A stretch of 62,869 nt of DNA, counting the filler, from Octopus bimaculoides (Eukaryota), in assembly GCF_001194135.2 (NCBI RefSeq). It is 3 parts of 3 records of this genome, joined end to end, with 100 filler letters (N's around TTAATTAATTAA, not from the genome) between each part and the next. Parts side by side here need not be neighbours in the genome. Positions count along the whole stretch, not along the records: positions 24,079 to 53,893 come from NC_068984.1; 2 more parts are not named here. One strand, 5' to 3'. The notes below the pieces were generated by a model. The model was not told where the DNA came from. It saw only the letters and a list, made by a program, of their open reading frames with translations, and ran no database searches. Below, in pieces: positions 35,557 through 49,705 of the stretch (positions are counted from its first letter, which is position 1; each line of letters opens with the position of its first letter). Both the position numbers and the translations under genes were made by a program.

Positions 35557-37229
35557 TACATACATACATACACATATTTAGACAGTTACAAACATGCAGA
35601 CCTGCATGCACGCACACACACACACACACACACACATGCATGCATACATACACATATATGTATATAAAATAATAAAGAATTAAGATATATTAACTTACAA
35701 ATGTTTTGAATAGTTTAGCAAATGTTGCACATTGTAATTTGGATATTTTAATCAATTTTTCAGTTTCACAATTAATTAGACAAAATTACAGAACTGCTGA
35801 CTCCAAACTATTTTTCTGAATGCTTCTATGTTTTTTGCTAAATTTTGTATGCACTGAGATAATATGGAATAGGTTGACAAACTATATATACCAGATTTCT
35901 GTCTCTGTTTTATTGCCAAGTGTACATTTCACAATCAAGGGACGTATTTTTATCAGATGCTATTAGTTTAATGAGTGCAAAGGTGTGTGTGTGTTTTTGT
36001 TATGTTATTAAATGCAGCATAAGTTTTTTGAAGCCTCAATGAACCTTAAGAGAAATGCCAAGGTTAATACAGAATTGTATAATTTTGACTAGAAGAAATT
36101 ATAAGTTACATATAAATAAAATATACCATATGTATACACAAATGCTCACCTTTATAAATGCATATACATTTATAAGTATATGCATATATTTATATATATA
36201 CAAATGCACACACACATATATACATACATCCCCATATATTATGTAATCTGTGTAAGTTTGTTTTATAAATATATACATTCACACTTGAATATTAATCATC
36301 AGAAAACTTTCTGTCTTTGCCTTTTCTTTGTTTACATGTATTTTGTATATCAAACACAAACAATTTTATCTGTTTGTTTGCATTAATGTCTGTCTATATA
36401 TATATATGTACATATACATACATACATGAATATTTGAATATTCAAGTTCACTAATGACATACTTGTAAGAAATTTCTACTTTTGTCTAATTCCAACTTGT
36501 GCCATTTTTCTTCAAGATTAATGATTTAGTTGTCCAAAAAGAAGCTGTAATATATTGAAGCATAATTTCTATGTTCCTCTTGGAAATGCAAAATTTTAGC
36601 CATTTTCAATAAGTAACAAATATCTTGAAAAAAATTTATCTTTCTTTCTCACACATGTTGAATATTTTATTAGCTGCTTTTTGGGGAATCAATAATGTTC
36701 CATTTTGTTAGTGTGAAATGTTATAAATATCTCTGATATCATACTGCTTACAAATTTGAAATTTTGCATTATTTGTCCAACTTATTTTTATTTGAGCCAG
36801 TTTATAGACTTGGTTTCTCATAATTGGCAGTGATATTTCAAAAAAGCACTCCTGTTAATGTGAAAAAATTTCAATTCCTTGAGAGAGCAAAATACCAAAA
36901 TTTCTGCTGTAATTTGACTTAAATTTTGACACTTTCAGTAAGTGTCAAATATTGCGAAAATTATTCACTTTCTCTAAAACATCCTCAGATATTTTACAAA
37001 TGGTTTCTATTGCCAATTTCAGAACATTGAGTCTTACAATGGAGATTACAAAAGATTGAAATATTTGGCGCCTTTATATACTCAATAACACTTGGCCACT
37101 ACAGCAAAATTATTAATGCTCTTCTTACGGCTGAAGAGGGTTTTTGCCTTGCAAATTCCCTCATGCTAGTTCATGTAAAAGCATGTGTGCCAGTCCACAT
37201 AATAAGCACACATGCATGTGCAGTGTATA

Positions 37230-37400
37230 AAGTACCCAGCACACTTTGTAAAGTAATTAGCATTAAAAAGGGCATCCAATCATAGAAACCAAGCAAATCA
37301 GGCTGGACCCTGGTGCAACTCTCCAGGTTACCAGCTCTGGTCAAACTATCCAACCCCTACTAGCATAGAAAACAGACATAAATGATGGTGATGGTGATTA
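37230..37400 (+). mobile_element. Family D tail
   Basis: aagggcatccaatc...ccaacccctactagcatagaaaacagacataaatgatgg. Confidence 0.75.
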
Positions 37401-37554
37401 TGTGTAAGTCATTTCATATTTTTATTATGGAAAGTGCAAAATTCCTGTCACATACCTGTTAGAAATTTAAAAGTTTATCTCATTCCACCCAAGTTATTGC
37501 CAGATTCTTCCAATAATCACCAAATTAAAAAACATACTATATATATATATATAT

Positions 37555-37850
37555 ATGTGGGTTGGCGGTTAGTGTGTTACACTCATGATTGCAAGATCAT
37601 AGGTTTGATTCCCAGACATTGAGTTGTTGAGAAAGCACTTCATTTCACACTGCTCTGCCATAATTTCACCATCTAACATGTGCCACATGGCGCACCTGTG
37701 CTGGTAATGTTAATTTGATGGATGGGGTGAGCTTACATGTACACAAACGTTTGATCGCTATAAACAAATCGCTTGTGTAGTTTGGCAAGAAATTGCCGAA
37801 TCCTCATACATTGTCTAATGACAGGAGAGTCCATGGTATACATGATATAT
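37555..37850 (+). mobile_element. SINE-C-type copy, degraded
   Basis: Head ggcggttagtgtgttacactcatgattgc...ggtttgattccc, and aaagcacttcatttcac block. Confidence 0.6.
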
Positions 37851-38234
37851 ATAAATACATATATATATAGGGAGAGAGAGAGAGAGAGAGAGAGATATAC
37901 ATATATATGTATAAATATATAAATATACATACATTGTTTCCTTTTGTGTCAACTTAGTCTCAACCTTTTTCTGTTCTTATTGTTTTACTGTGATAGCCAT
38001 TTGTAACTGAAAGTGATGTGAATCATACAATTCAATTATATATATAATGGTCCTTAATTCAAATTTTTATCAGAGATCTTTTAAAATTCAAGAATTTTTG
38101 AACACCAAAGTACAGTAAGAAACCAAATTAATAAATGCTATAAACAACAAATCAAAAAATTTGTTTATTCATTACTTGGTTTTTCTATTGCTATGAGACA
38201 AAATATTTCTTGTCAATTTTGCAGCCATAATTAT

Positions 38235-38437
38235 GGTAGCAAGCTCACAGAATTATTACCTCACAGGTAACCTTCTTCCCAACATCTTATGTTCTGAGTT
38301 CAAATTTTGCTACAGTCGATTTTGCTTTTTATCCTTTCAGGGTTGATAAAATAAGTACCAGTTGCATACTGTATTCCCTATAATTGACTTACCTCTCCCT
38401 CAGATTAGCGGGCCTTGCACCAAAATTTGAAACAAAT
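38235..38437 (+). mobile_element. SINE-B, degraded
   Basis: ttctgagttcaaatt...ttttatcctttcagggttgataaaataagtaccag...aaaatttgaaac. Confidence 0.78.
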
Positions 38438-38516
38438 ATTGCTGCAATAAATACAATTTAATCCTGCTACTACATTTAGAATATCACCTTTTGTTTACCC
38501 TTCTTTCTATATTTAA

Positions 38517-39134
38517 CCCATTAGCATTTTAACTAGACATATCTGGCCTAAATATACAGGTAGAGGTGTGGCTTTGTGCTAAGAAGCTTGCTTCCCAACC
38601 ACATGGTTCCAGGTTCAGTCCCATTGCATGGCACCTTCTATTATAACCTCAGGCCAACCTATGCCTTGTGAGTAGATTTGGTAGATGGAAACTGAAAGAA
38701 GCCCGTTGTGTATATATATATATGTATATATATTTATGTGTGTGTGCGTGTGTTTGTGTTTGTCCCTCCACCATTGCTTGACAACTGATGTTGGTGAGTT
38801 TATGTCCCTGAAACTTAGCAGTTCAACAAAAGAGACTGATAGAATAAATACTAGACTTACAAAGAATAAACCCTGGGTTAATTTCCTCTACTAAAGGCAG
38901 TGCTTCAGCATGGCCGCAGTCAAATGATTGAAACGCATGAAAGAGTAAAAGAGTAAAGTTGTTTTATGTTCAAACCAGCCATATCCAACCTCTTACACCT
39001 ATCCATCAATGTCATTCTAATAATAAACAATTGCATCATCAAAATCTCAAAGTTAAGACACAATGCATGATTAATTCAAGACAATGTTAATAAATAATTA
39101 TTACATTTGACAGAGTTATCTGAATACTAAAGAA
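38517..39134. mobile_element. piggyBac-type MITE interrupted by SINE-A
   Basis: ttaa-cccattagcatt left end; the remainder is the reverse complement of the 17366-17581 family. Confidence 0.65.
38566..38957 (+). mobile_element. SINE-A, full length, nested in MITE
   Basis: Same blocks as 35162-35556. Confidence 0.9.
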
Positions 39135-41489
39135 TTAGACATAACTTGTAGAGCATGATTCCTGTAAGCATGAAATATAAGCTATTTTCAGAATTTGCGG
39201 AAAATAAAAAATGCTGAGATTTCGTTTTTATTTTTCTAAATGTATTATTGATAAAAGTGGAGATGATGGATTATAAAAAGTTGAGTCCTTGCCTAAATGT
39301 CTTATGTCTCTTGCTTGTGAGATTAAACCATCTAATTTTGATGGATGAAAGTCAGAAACTACTTTAGTGTAATGGGATGGAAAAAAAGGCAGGAAGCTAC
39401 CTGTGGGGTTCAGACCATACATCTACTGCAGCCAATACAATATTCATAATACCATTATATTAAAGTAATTCCCAACTCCCATCAATCCAAATTAGATACT
39501 TTAATCTATTATTGAGCTATTATTTAAAAATGGTTTCACATAAAAGATACATCATTTATAAAAATTTATTTAAATGTCTTATAGTATTCAGTATCATTAC
39601 ACTGGATTTCACTATCTGACAGAGAGCTGGGTCCTGTCTAAAACATTGAAATTTTCTTACAGTACATAAATGTATTTCATTTTGGTAACATTGTTGAACT
39701 GATTTTGTCAATACAGACCATCAGTAGTCTGCTGCATTTCAAATTCTGATGTATGAATAAAAATTTGATTATATATATTCCTTTAAAATTAAATAGTGTA
39801 TTATTTTATGGGTGCTCTTACTGGTAACTACTCTAGTGTTTCAGATTCATAAGAATTCCTTCTCGCAAATCAACCTGTGTGCATTCTCACCAAACCTCTT
39901 GCATCCCTATAGTAAACATTAAGTATAGATTACATACTCCCAATTTGCCAAAGACTCTTGTCTTCTTTCTTGCTAACCAGTTGTTTTGACTTTGTAGGCT
40001 TTACTGCCTCATTTGGGATCTCTTCCCAAATGTTTCTACAGATTTTATTTATGAGAACTATATCATTTATATGTAAACACGAAGAATTTGAAAATCTTAT
40101 TCTACATCTCTAAAGATGAGCTTAATAATTTGAAATATCTACTTTCTATTGTTCAGCATATCTAAATCTAAAGGATTTATTTAAAACACTGGAAATCACA
40201 GTCAAATCTCCCTCAAATTACGTACCATCATCTTATGAAAGAAGTATTTATTTGATAATGTAACACTCTATAGTAATATAGACTACATATTCATAGACTA
40301 TGGCTAAGAAGAACATGGTGTTCATAACTGAAACAGTTTTGATCATAACTTCTTTTCCATTAAGTGGGAGCTAAACAGCAGTCTTTTTTGTTGGGTAAAA
40401 AAATGCTGTTTGAGTACAAGATCATTATTTAGATTATTGATCAATTTTATAGCTATTTATCAATATCTATTACAATGATAGAGGGCATTTTATTTAAGTA
40501 ATATTTTACTATTACTAAGACACAGTAATTTCGTTCAGACATGAGTATCAAGCATAATAGTTGATTTCAGTATTGCTGCTTCTGTTAAAAGTTTAACAGT
40601 GAATCAATTTTAGTCATACATGATTTTTGACCAGATAAATGTAAGAGAAAACTTTGGCAAAACATACAATAAATATAATAAAACAGTTAAAATACATTTA
40701 CATTCATGAATTATTCAGTTAAAAAGATTTATCAAGGTAAGTATGTAAACTATTTTAATACATCTGAGAAACTTTCTCTGGGCAATGATATATCGATGTC
40801 TTAAAAATATTATAGGATAATGCCAAATAATTTTGCTTTATATTGTTTCCGCTATTAACCCACAAATAGGAAATATTTGCTATTCTTTGACTGATCAGGA
40901 AATTTGGTCAGGATTAAATGGACAGCAAGCAATTCAACTTTTCTAATAAAGAATAAATCTCAACTCATATTAATATTAAGAATGTGTCTCTGACTGTGTA
41001 TTATTTCATGTAAATTGAATGCTAAGACAAAATCTATCATATTCTAGATAAGGGAAATTTGGAAATCAATTCACATTTGTTTTCTTTTTTTAGATTTATA
41101 TTTGTTGGGTTTTATTCTCTTCTATTATTAATTGGATGGTTCTGCAAATAGGGTTTTGTGCTTAAAATGTAGGAGTTGGAGACTGTGCAGATAGAATGTC
41201 ATCATTATGTTAAAGAAGAAATATTATTTATCTCTATAAAATACGCATACTTAATCTCTTTTCTACAGCTAATCTTTTATTCCTTATAAAAAAAAAAAAT
41301 ATTTTATTAAATTATGGAATAAGTTATTTCTGCATGACAAAATTTTATATTCAAAGGTATTTTATTATAGTTTAATTTACTTTATCCATAAATGCACATA
41401 TGCTACTAAAAAATGATGAACACTGAGCAAATAATTTCATTTTTAATATGAAATATAATAGGAACTATTAATAATTATAATTTACTTAT

Positions 41490-41670
41490 AGATTGGAAAA
41501 ATGCTTTACAGTATTTGTTCTAGCCCTTTATATTCAAATCCTGCTGAGGTCAACTTTGTCTGCCATCCTTCAACAGTCAATAAAATAAAATACCAGTCAC
41601 ACACTGAAAGTCATTGGCACTGTTCCACATCCTCTCCTCAAACTGCTGGCCTTGTGCCTAAAGTAGAAAG
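41490..41670 (+). mobile_element. SINE-B, degraded
   Basis: aaaatgctttacagtatt...ttcaaatcctgctgaggtcaactttg...aataaaataccag...ctggccttgtgcc. Confidence 0.72.
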
Positions 41671-41691
41671 AATTATAATTTGTTTATGTGA

Positions 41692-42018
41692 AGGCACATG
41701 GCTCAGCGGTTAGAGCATCAGGCTAAAAATCATGTGGTAGTGAGTTCGATTCCTTGACTGGGCTGTGTATTGTGTTCTTGAGAAAGGCACTTCATTTCAT
41801 GTTGCTCCAGTTCACTCAGCTGTAGAAATGAGTTGTGGTATCACTAGTGTTGAGCTGTATTGGCCTTTGCCTTTCCCTTGAATAATACCGTAGAGAGGGG
41901 AGGCTGGTATGCATAGGTAACTGCTGGTCTTCCATAAACAACCTTGCCTCGACTTGTGCTTCAGAGGGGAACTTTCTAGGTGCAATCCCATGGTCATTCA
42001 TGAACAAAGGGAATTTTT
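41692..42018 (+). mobile_element. SINE-C, full length
   Basis: Colinear with 12905-13244. Confidence 0.88.
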
Positions 42019-42485
42019 GCCCTTTACTCCTTTTTTTAATATATTTAGTAATGATCGCTAACATTTCTGTTTTAAAGATTTATTATAATTTGTATAATAA
42101 AGATTCAGTGAAAGGATTCTATCTTTATTTAGGCTTGATGGTTTCTGCCGAACTTCCAAAAAGATCCTTTGCTTCCAAATGAAGAAAACAGTTTTACAAT
42201 AATTGTAGGGAAGCTGAAAGAAATAAAATCCTATATGATAATATCTATCAAAATCACAAACTAGGGTTATTAACCATAGAAATTGCATTAAATTAGAAAT
42301 TGGAAAGGAGTAGAAAAGCCCCCAAAACAATGACCTGTAGTCACAGGAAGTAGCCTATCATTTCTTTGTCAGTTTCTCAGCAAGCAACATAAGAAAAGTA
42401 TCAAAGCACTCAATTAGAAGTCTTCTAACATGATCAGATGACAAATGTCTGAAAGACTCCATTGAAAAATATACTCTAACAGAAC

Positions 42486-43205
42486 ATCATCATCATCATC
42501 ATCATTTAACATATGTTGTCCATGCTGGCATGGGTTGGACAGTTTGACCAGAGCTGGAAAGCTGGGGAGCTACACCAGACTTCAGTCTGATTTGGCATGG
42601 TTTCTACAGCTGGATGTCCTTCCAAATGCCAACCACTTTACAGAGTGTGCTGAGTGCTTTTATATGGTATTGCACGGGCACTTTCATGTGGTGATGCATG
42701 GTTGTTTCGACGAGGTACCAGACACGCACTTTTGTGTGACACTGCACAAGTGTTTTTATGTGACACTGCAATGTTACTTTTATGAGGCACTGCTATAAGT
42801 GCATTTCACCACCAGAGGGACCAGCCTTAACACTTCTGCTGTAGAGTACAGGTCTTCTTGAGTACCAAGCATCTCAGTTCTTTTTTATCTCAACAGAAAG
42901 GTTCACCATCCTGAGGTCATTCTTCAATATTTCATCCCATGTCTTAATGGGTCTCCCACTTCCATGTGTTTCATCTGCTTTGAGAGATTGGCACTTATTT
43001 ATGGAGCTGTTAGCTTCTACTTGCTTCACATGACCAAACCGGTGTAGTCTTCTCTCTTGCACACAACTGATTCTTCTTATATCTAACTTCTCTCTCAAAA
43101 CATTAACACTTTGTTGAACCTGTACACTTATATTACACATCCAGCAGAGTATACTAGCCTCATTTCTTTCTAACCTTCACATGTCCTCTGCATTCAGGGC
43201 CCATG
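42486..43205 (-). mobile_element. RTE LINE 3' end: RT C-terminus plus family D tail
   Basis: CNISVQVQQSVNVLREKLDIRRISCVQERRLHRFGHV...GSGRPIKTWDEILKNDL, followed by the 3' UTR ending in (GAT)n. Confidence 0.85.
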
Positions 43206-43299
43206 TTTTATTACCAGGTAGAATTTATATATACCACATAAAGAAAAGCATCATAACAACCTCCAAATTATCATCTTCTCATCATCATTATCATCATCG

Positions 43300-43410
43300 T
43301 TGTCGTCATTGTCATCATTATTATCCTCTTTGTCATCAACATTTAATGTCTGTTTTCCATGCTGCCATGGGCTGGATGGTTTGAATGGATCTGGAAAATT
43401 GCATAGCCGT
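43300..43410 (-). mobile_element. Family D tail fragment
   Basis: tttaatgtctgttttccatgctgccatggg. Confidence 0.7.
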
Positions 43411-44154
43411 GTCAAGTTCCTCCTCAGATAAATCAAAACTTTATTCTTTAAACTGTTTAAGAAGATCAAATTTTAAAAATTAAGAAAGTTTAGTGACATT
43501 GAGCTTTTTATTCAAAATATTGGCTAATTCATTCAAAGTCATTAAATGAAAACAATTTTACAAAATAATCGTTGGTTCTTTATTACAAAGTCATTCATAG
43601 AAAGATCGTTAATAAACCAACATTACAATAGTCTTACTGGCCAGTCTGTAAAATTTGTCATATTTTAGTTTTTTCCTTAATGATAAATGAAAATAAGACT
43701 TATTATCTGAGTCAGTCTTGAAACTTTGACTTAATGATTTACAGTAAATTTTCAAGACAGCTCAAAAGAACAGCTGTTAAATATGAAGGATCGTTATTTA
43801 CAGAAGTTCAGGAAGGTGAGGATGAATCAGAAGAAGAATCGATTTGCAGATTTCAGCTGTGAATAAATATAAATTTTATTGTTAATAACATCTGGGGAGA
43901 CTGGGGTAACAAAAGAAAGAAAATTGTTTCAATTATGTTTTTTTTCTTGCCAAATAAACACATGCACTATATATTTGTTCTTCTCTCATTTATTATAGTT
44001 CTTATTTTATCGCATGTCAATTGTCTAGAAATCTTTCATCACACATTTCTGACCTCCTCAGTGACTCTTCCATCCCTGTGTCTCCTTTTGTTCAGCTTAG
44101 TTTCAATATGAGTTTTCAAAAAATAAAATATCAAGTATCCTAAAGTGTTATTAT

Positions 44155-44402
44155 GTGGAGATGTGATTATATGTATTTATTTGGGCAAGTATAAAAACTT
44201 GCTTCACAACTATGTGGTTTTGGGTTCAATATCGTTGCACAACACTTCAATAAATATTGTCTGCTATAACCCTATGCTGACCAGGGTTGATTAAATAAGT
44301 ACCACTTACGAACTGGGGTCGATATAATCGACTTAATCTGTCTGTCTGTCCTTGTTTGTCCTCTCTGTGTGTAGCCCCTTGTGGGCAATAAAGAAATAAG
44401 AA
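44155..44402 (+). mobile_element. Chimeric SINE: degraded A-type head joined to a B-type centre and tail
   Basis: cttgcttcacaactatgtggttttgggttcaa (A head), then gggttgattaaataagtacc...ctggggtcgatataatcgac...ccccttgtgggcaataaagaaataag (B tail). Confidence 0.65.
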
Positions 44403-46907
44403 ACTGAAAGAAAGATGTTTAAGCATGCATTTGTGTGTGTGCACGTATATGCATGTATGCATGTGTTTGTTAGTCTGAGTGTCTCTTATCTTTTTGTGTT
44501 GACATTACATGATAACTATAAATGAGCATCTCTGTCATACAAGCAGTATTATTCATTTCTTGTCTTCTGTGAAAACATCTCCAGTCCTGGGGAAAATACT
44601 ACCTTTATAAGAAACAAGTAAGAATTGGCTGCAGTAAAGTCATCTGGCTATGGAAAATGTGTGAGTGTGTGTATGTGTGGCATATTCCATCTAACACATA
44701 CAAACATGGAAAAGTAGATATTAAAATGATGATGTTTGCATGGCTAGTAAGTTCATTATCTGGTTTAAGAACAGTATATAGTACAGGCAAATGGATGCCA
44801 ATTCATATGATTCTGTCCTTTATGTAAGAATTTATGTAAGAGTGGTACATTTGCTTCAGCAGCTTAACTTCAGTATGAATATCAAACAGAAAAATACAAC
44901 ATTGAAGCAGTCATCAACATCTTTGGAAACAGTGTATGAAGTATTTAACTTGATCCTGACCTGGGACCAGAGATATGCATAGTTGTTCATTCAAAGAACT
45001 ATAGTTACATCAATATCATATGACTTCATGACATTAACTTTTGAGGGTGGCACAACTGTAAGCAGTGATGTATCCTTGATTGAATCAAGTCTCATATGTT
45101 ATTGGCAATTATTTGCCTGACCTGGGCAAATAAGTATCAGAATCAATATTGGTAGAAGTTTAGCTATATAATTTGGTAATATTGAAATACAAAAACAAAT
45201 ACAACACAACCTGATTATATTATTCACAAAAGCTCACTACCTAAGTGTGAAACAGAAGAGTCATTTCATTTCCATAACTAGTACAGTGCATTTAGAGTAA
45301 ATAGCATTTGTTAGTATTACACTGCAATGCAGTCGTCAGAATTTGAAAATATGATGTAGAAGTACAACAAACTAAAAATTAGACAATAACCAAGCCATAT
45401 ATCAAAATGTAATTACTCATTAATAATTCCAGGCTTGATTTAAATTTTAAAAGCTTTAAAGATACAGTATAAGAAATAAACAAACAATTCTTATTATAAA
45501 GAAATTCTTTCTCCAGCCCAATAAGAATATTTGATTGCATATAATACAACAAAGTGAATTAATAAGCAATTGCCAAGCAATCAAAATGGTTTTGTACTAT
45601 CATAAAAATGCATTCTCTCTCTGTAATTTCATATTGATGTTGCATTGCATAAAAAACATAAAAATTAAATATCTTCTTTCTAATACTTTAGATCTATAAT
45701 TAATATATTTTCTCACTCTATTATGTACACCCATACACATGCATGCACTCATGTACATGTACATACACACATACATGCATGCACACACACACACACACCC
45801 ATGCGCACGCACACACACAGACGCTCACACACACTATTTATAGAGTTATTACATCTCTTTCTTTTGTAAAAGTGATTAGCAATGAAAGATTTGATAGGTA
45901 CCCAGGACAATTTTTAGTAATGGGAATTCCTTTTAGTACTTAAATACCATGCAGTTCAATTATACTGAGAGATCTTGTCAAAGTCAATAGTTATTTTTCC
46001 TTGTCCACTTGTTACGTGTTTTATATCTAAAGCTTTTCATTAACAACCTAATAAACTAAGATATCATCTAAGTACTAAAAACAGTATTTTGTGATATCAA
46101 AAATGAAATGCTCTTATTACTTTCAATGAATTACTATTTCTTTAGTTGCCTCACAAATGACAAACTTGATTGATGTCACTTCTGACAATGCTTCTCATGC
46201 ACAGAAGGACGTGAAACCTTAAACAGATCATAAAAGTGATGTGCTTATCTGAAATTAATATCAGTATGCCATGCACTGTGGAAATGAAAGACTCAGAGCT
46301 CTGTAAAGAGAACTCATCTAGTTTATTGCAATAAAATACAGACAAGCAGATGCTCTTCACCCTGACATACACACAAATGCTTATATACACGTGAATGAGG
46401 TGTCATGCTTTTGTTAAATGCTAGCTATCAACCTTGTACTGTTAAGTAGATATTTTTATACTATCAATAGATACATGGGCTTTGCTGTTTGGTAAGAAGC
46501 TTGCTTACCAACCGTGTGATGTCAGTTTCAGTGTGTGACACCTTTGGTGTATCTCTTCTTTTAAAGCTCCAGGATCACCAGAGCCTTGCAAGTGGATCTG
46601 GTAGATGGAAAATGAAAGTAGATTATCATATACAAACATATAGGCATTTCGAAATGCAGAGTAGATGGAACAGGGACAACTGAAGAAGGGAAATATTCTT
46701 TATGTTGCATGTCTCGTTTCTCTGGGTTTTTTTTCGTTGTTTGAAAAAAAGTTCGTTTTCTGTCCTCGTCTTTATGTTTTCATTTCTCATTGTGTTTAAC
46801 GTTTTTTTGTGATGTCCTGTACTCATATATGCATGTATGTATACATATAGATGTAGGTATGTACATATATGTATGGATATATGCATATATTTATATATTA
46901 TTTATGT

Positions 46908-46943
<36 letters not shown>

Positions 46944-47125
46944 ATATGTAAAGGTAACATCCAAGTATCAAGGTGTAGGAAGTTAGTGAGCTTGAACCAG
47001 TGTGTATAAGGTATACAAAATAACTTCCAAGAACAATAGCAGTTTATTGANNNNNNNNNNNNNNNNNNNNNNNNNNNNNNNNNNNNNNNNNNNNNNNNNN
47101 NNNNNNNNNNNNNNNNNNNNNNNNN

Positions 47126-47189
<64 letters not shown>

Positions 47190-47674
47190 ATATGTATGAG
47201 TTATATGCGAAAGGTATAGACACATGATTTTATAATACTTCCTGTGTGTTTCACTAATATAATTGTTTGGAGCTCTACAATGGTTAGTCATGGAACACTT
47301 TATTGTAGCTATGTTTGAGCATAATTATCGTAACTTAATACAATAAAGTGTTTTCTGATGATGTGTTGTAGTTGGACATTTGGAACACCTATAATAGAGC
47401 TTCAACAAGCCATAATGGTGAAACACATAGGAGCTATTATATAAACCTGTGCTTATCTTTATTTTTCTTATATTTGCTCTGTAGTTCATAACTGATAAAA
47501 TTACTTTGTATTGAAGTTACTTACCAACTATACAGAGAGGAGAGGGGATTATGTAAATTTGCATGGAACTCTGAACATAACAGTAGCAGTCATATGTCGA
47601 TTTGTACACCCTACTTCTGCCTTCTACTATGTATATATATATATATATATTTTTTGTTTCATATATATATATAT

Positions 47675-47720
<46 letters not shown>

Positions 47721-48022
47721 ATATCTATTTCCCATGCTGGCATGAGTTAAAGAAGTTGACAGGAGGTTACAAATCAGATGATTGGCAGTAGAAAGAGCCT
47801 CTTGCTGATTATGGTGCAAGAAAGATGAGTACATCTGGAAGCAAGGGCGAGATAAGGAGCAGTGACTTGGCTACCTCTGGCTCCCCACCTAATGGAGGGT
47901 GTTATAGTTCAGGCTCAGAATGGATGATGATCATTGGATACTGTCTCATGACATCAGTTCCTCCTAGCCACAGCTCCATTCACCTTGGTGGGTAGAAAAG
48001 AAGGAACTTCTAGATGCTTTCA

Positions 48023-48057
<35 letters not shown>

Positions 48058-48060
<3 letters not shown>

Positions 48061-49260
48061 CATCAACATCAGCAACACCTATTTTCCATTCTGCCATGAG
48101 TTGAATGGTTTGACAGAAGCAGAAGACTGTTCTGTCTGCTTTGGCATGATTTCTACAACTAGATGTTCGTCTTAATACCAACCACTTTTCAGAAAGTACT
48201 GAGTTCTTTTTACGTGGCACCATCAGCAGTGAGGTTATCCTGTAATTAGCACAAAAAGACCACCCAACTCCAACAGCAGTGTGAGGAACAGTATTGTGAG
48301 AGGTGGCTTCGTGCTACTTGATAAGAGGCTAGAGTATGAATAGTGGGTCAGAAATAAGTGTCTTGTGGTAAAGGAGGTAGCTTTACATGGCTACCTCAGT
48401 TGGAGAGAGAGAGAAAAGGAGAGAGAAGTTGGGGACAGTGTGATGGTAGAATTTCACTCAAGTTACATGGAGGTGGGGAGTTAAGTTGACAAGACTGCAA
48501 AAGGGGTGTGGGAGGTGGAGGAGAGGGAATTTGAGGAGTGGACAAATGGTAGGAGGGGATGATAGAAGGATATGTGGTAGAAAAGAGATTAAACGGGGAC
48601 ACACTGTGTGCAGGTAGGTTAGTAAGGGTGTGAAGGGAGAGAAAAGGAGATTAAGGGGCAGAGAATGTAGCGAGAGAGGAACCTGTCTTAAGGGAAGGGG
48701 GGAGTGTTAGGAAGATAGGTCGTGAGTGTGAGTTTTGTCAGAGGCTGCTTGTGTAAAAAGACATGAACTTAACATGCATTTATTGCCTTGATGTTACTTC
48801 GGGACATGTCTTCTCAAACACAGCAAACAGCCATTCATCTCAATTTTCTGCCATCTCTCCTTTGTGAGGCTCAACGTTTGAGCATCATTTTTCACCACTT
48901 TGTCTCATATCTTCCTAGTTCCTCCTCATCCACAGGTTGCCTCTACATTTAAAGATTGGCACTTGCACTTCTTTAAGCAGCTGTCTTCATCCATATGGAT
49001 TATATAACCATACCAGTGAAGTCTTCTCTCTTGTAGACTACGTTTAATGATTCTTATACCCCAATTTTTTTGTCAACACATATTTTGTTGTACATGCACA
49101 CCAACATGTGGAGCATGCTAGCTTCATTTCTTTCAAGCTTTACATTTTTTCTACAATCACTGCCTAAATTTCATTATCATGCAATATAGACGTTTGTACA
49201 AAAATATTGTACAATCTGCCTTACACTATGAGGAACAAACCTTTCATTATTATCAAAGGA
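48058..49260 (-). mobile_element. RTE LINE 3' relic (RT C-terminus, 3' UTR, tail)
   Basis: Decayed LERNEASML...REKTSLVW...(G)NLWMRRN frame homologous to 42874-43140, with the family D tail at 48058-48230. Confidence 0.75.
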
Positions 49261-49517
49261 AACTACAAAATTTTGTTTAGCCAGATCTGATTCAATAAGA
49301 TATGCTTTCAAAGTGACCTCATAAGTAATGAAAACTATTTACTACCCCTAAGGATGCCCCTGGGCATTCGAGGAAATCTATTTCCTGAGTGTTCTTAATG
49401 CTTAATTTTCCTGAAAGTCGGTCACACACACAAACACTACTTTTTCTGTTAATTTTCATGTGATTCCACTGCACCTCTTATAAGTATACACATATATATA
49501 CATTTATACATGTATGC

Positions 49518-49666
<149 letters not shown>

Positions 49667-49705
49667 TACATATGTGTTTTTTCTCTCCTTGTTTCTTTCT
49701 GTTTT

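Noticed and set aside
36945-36994. Minus-strand CUGAGGA...GAAA with a 6-bp stem I
   Set aside because: There is no stem II, and the U16.1 of the cleavage site is missing.
46650-46720. CUGAAGAAGGG...CUU motif in a T-rich tail, possibly a Penelope-like terminal relic
   Set aside because: No GAAA follows the hairpin and stems I and III are not recoverable. At most it is a heavily decayed relic.
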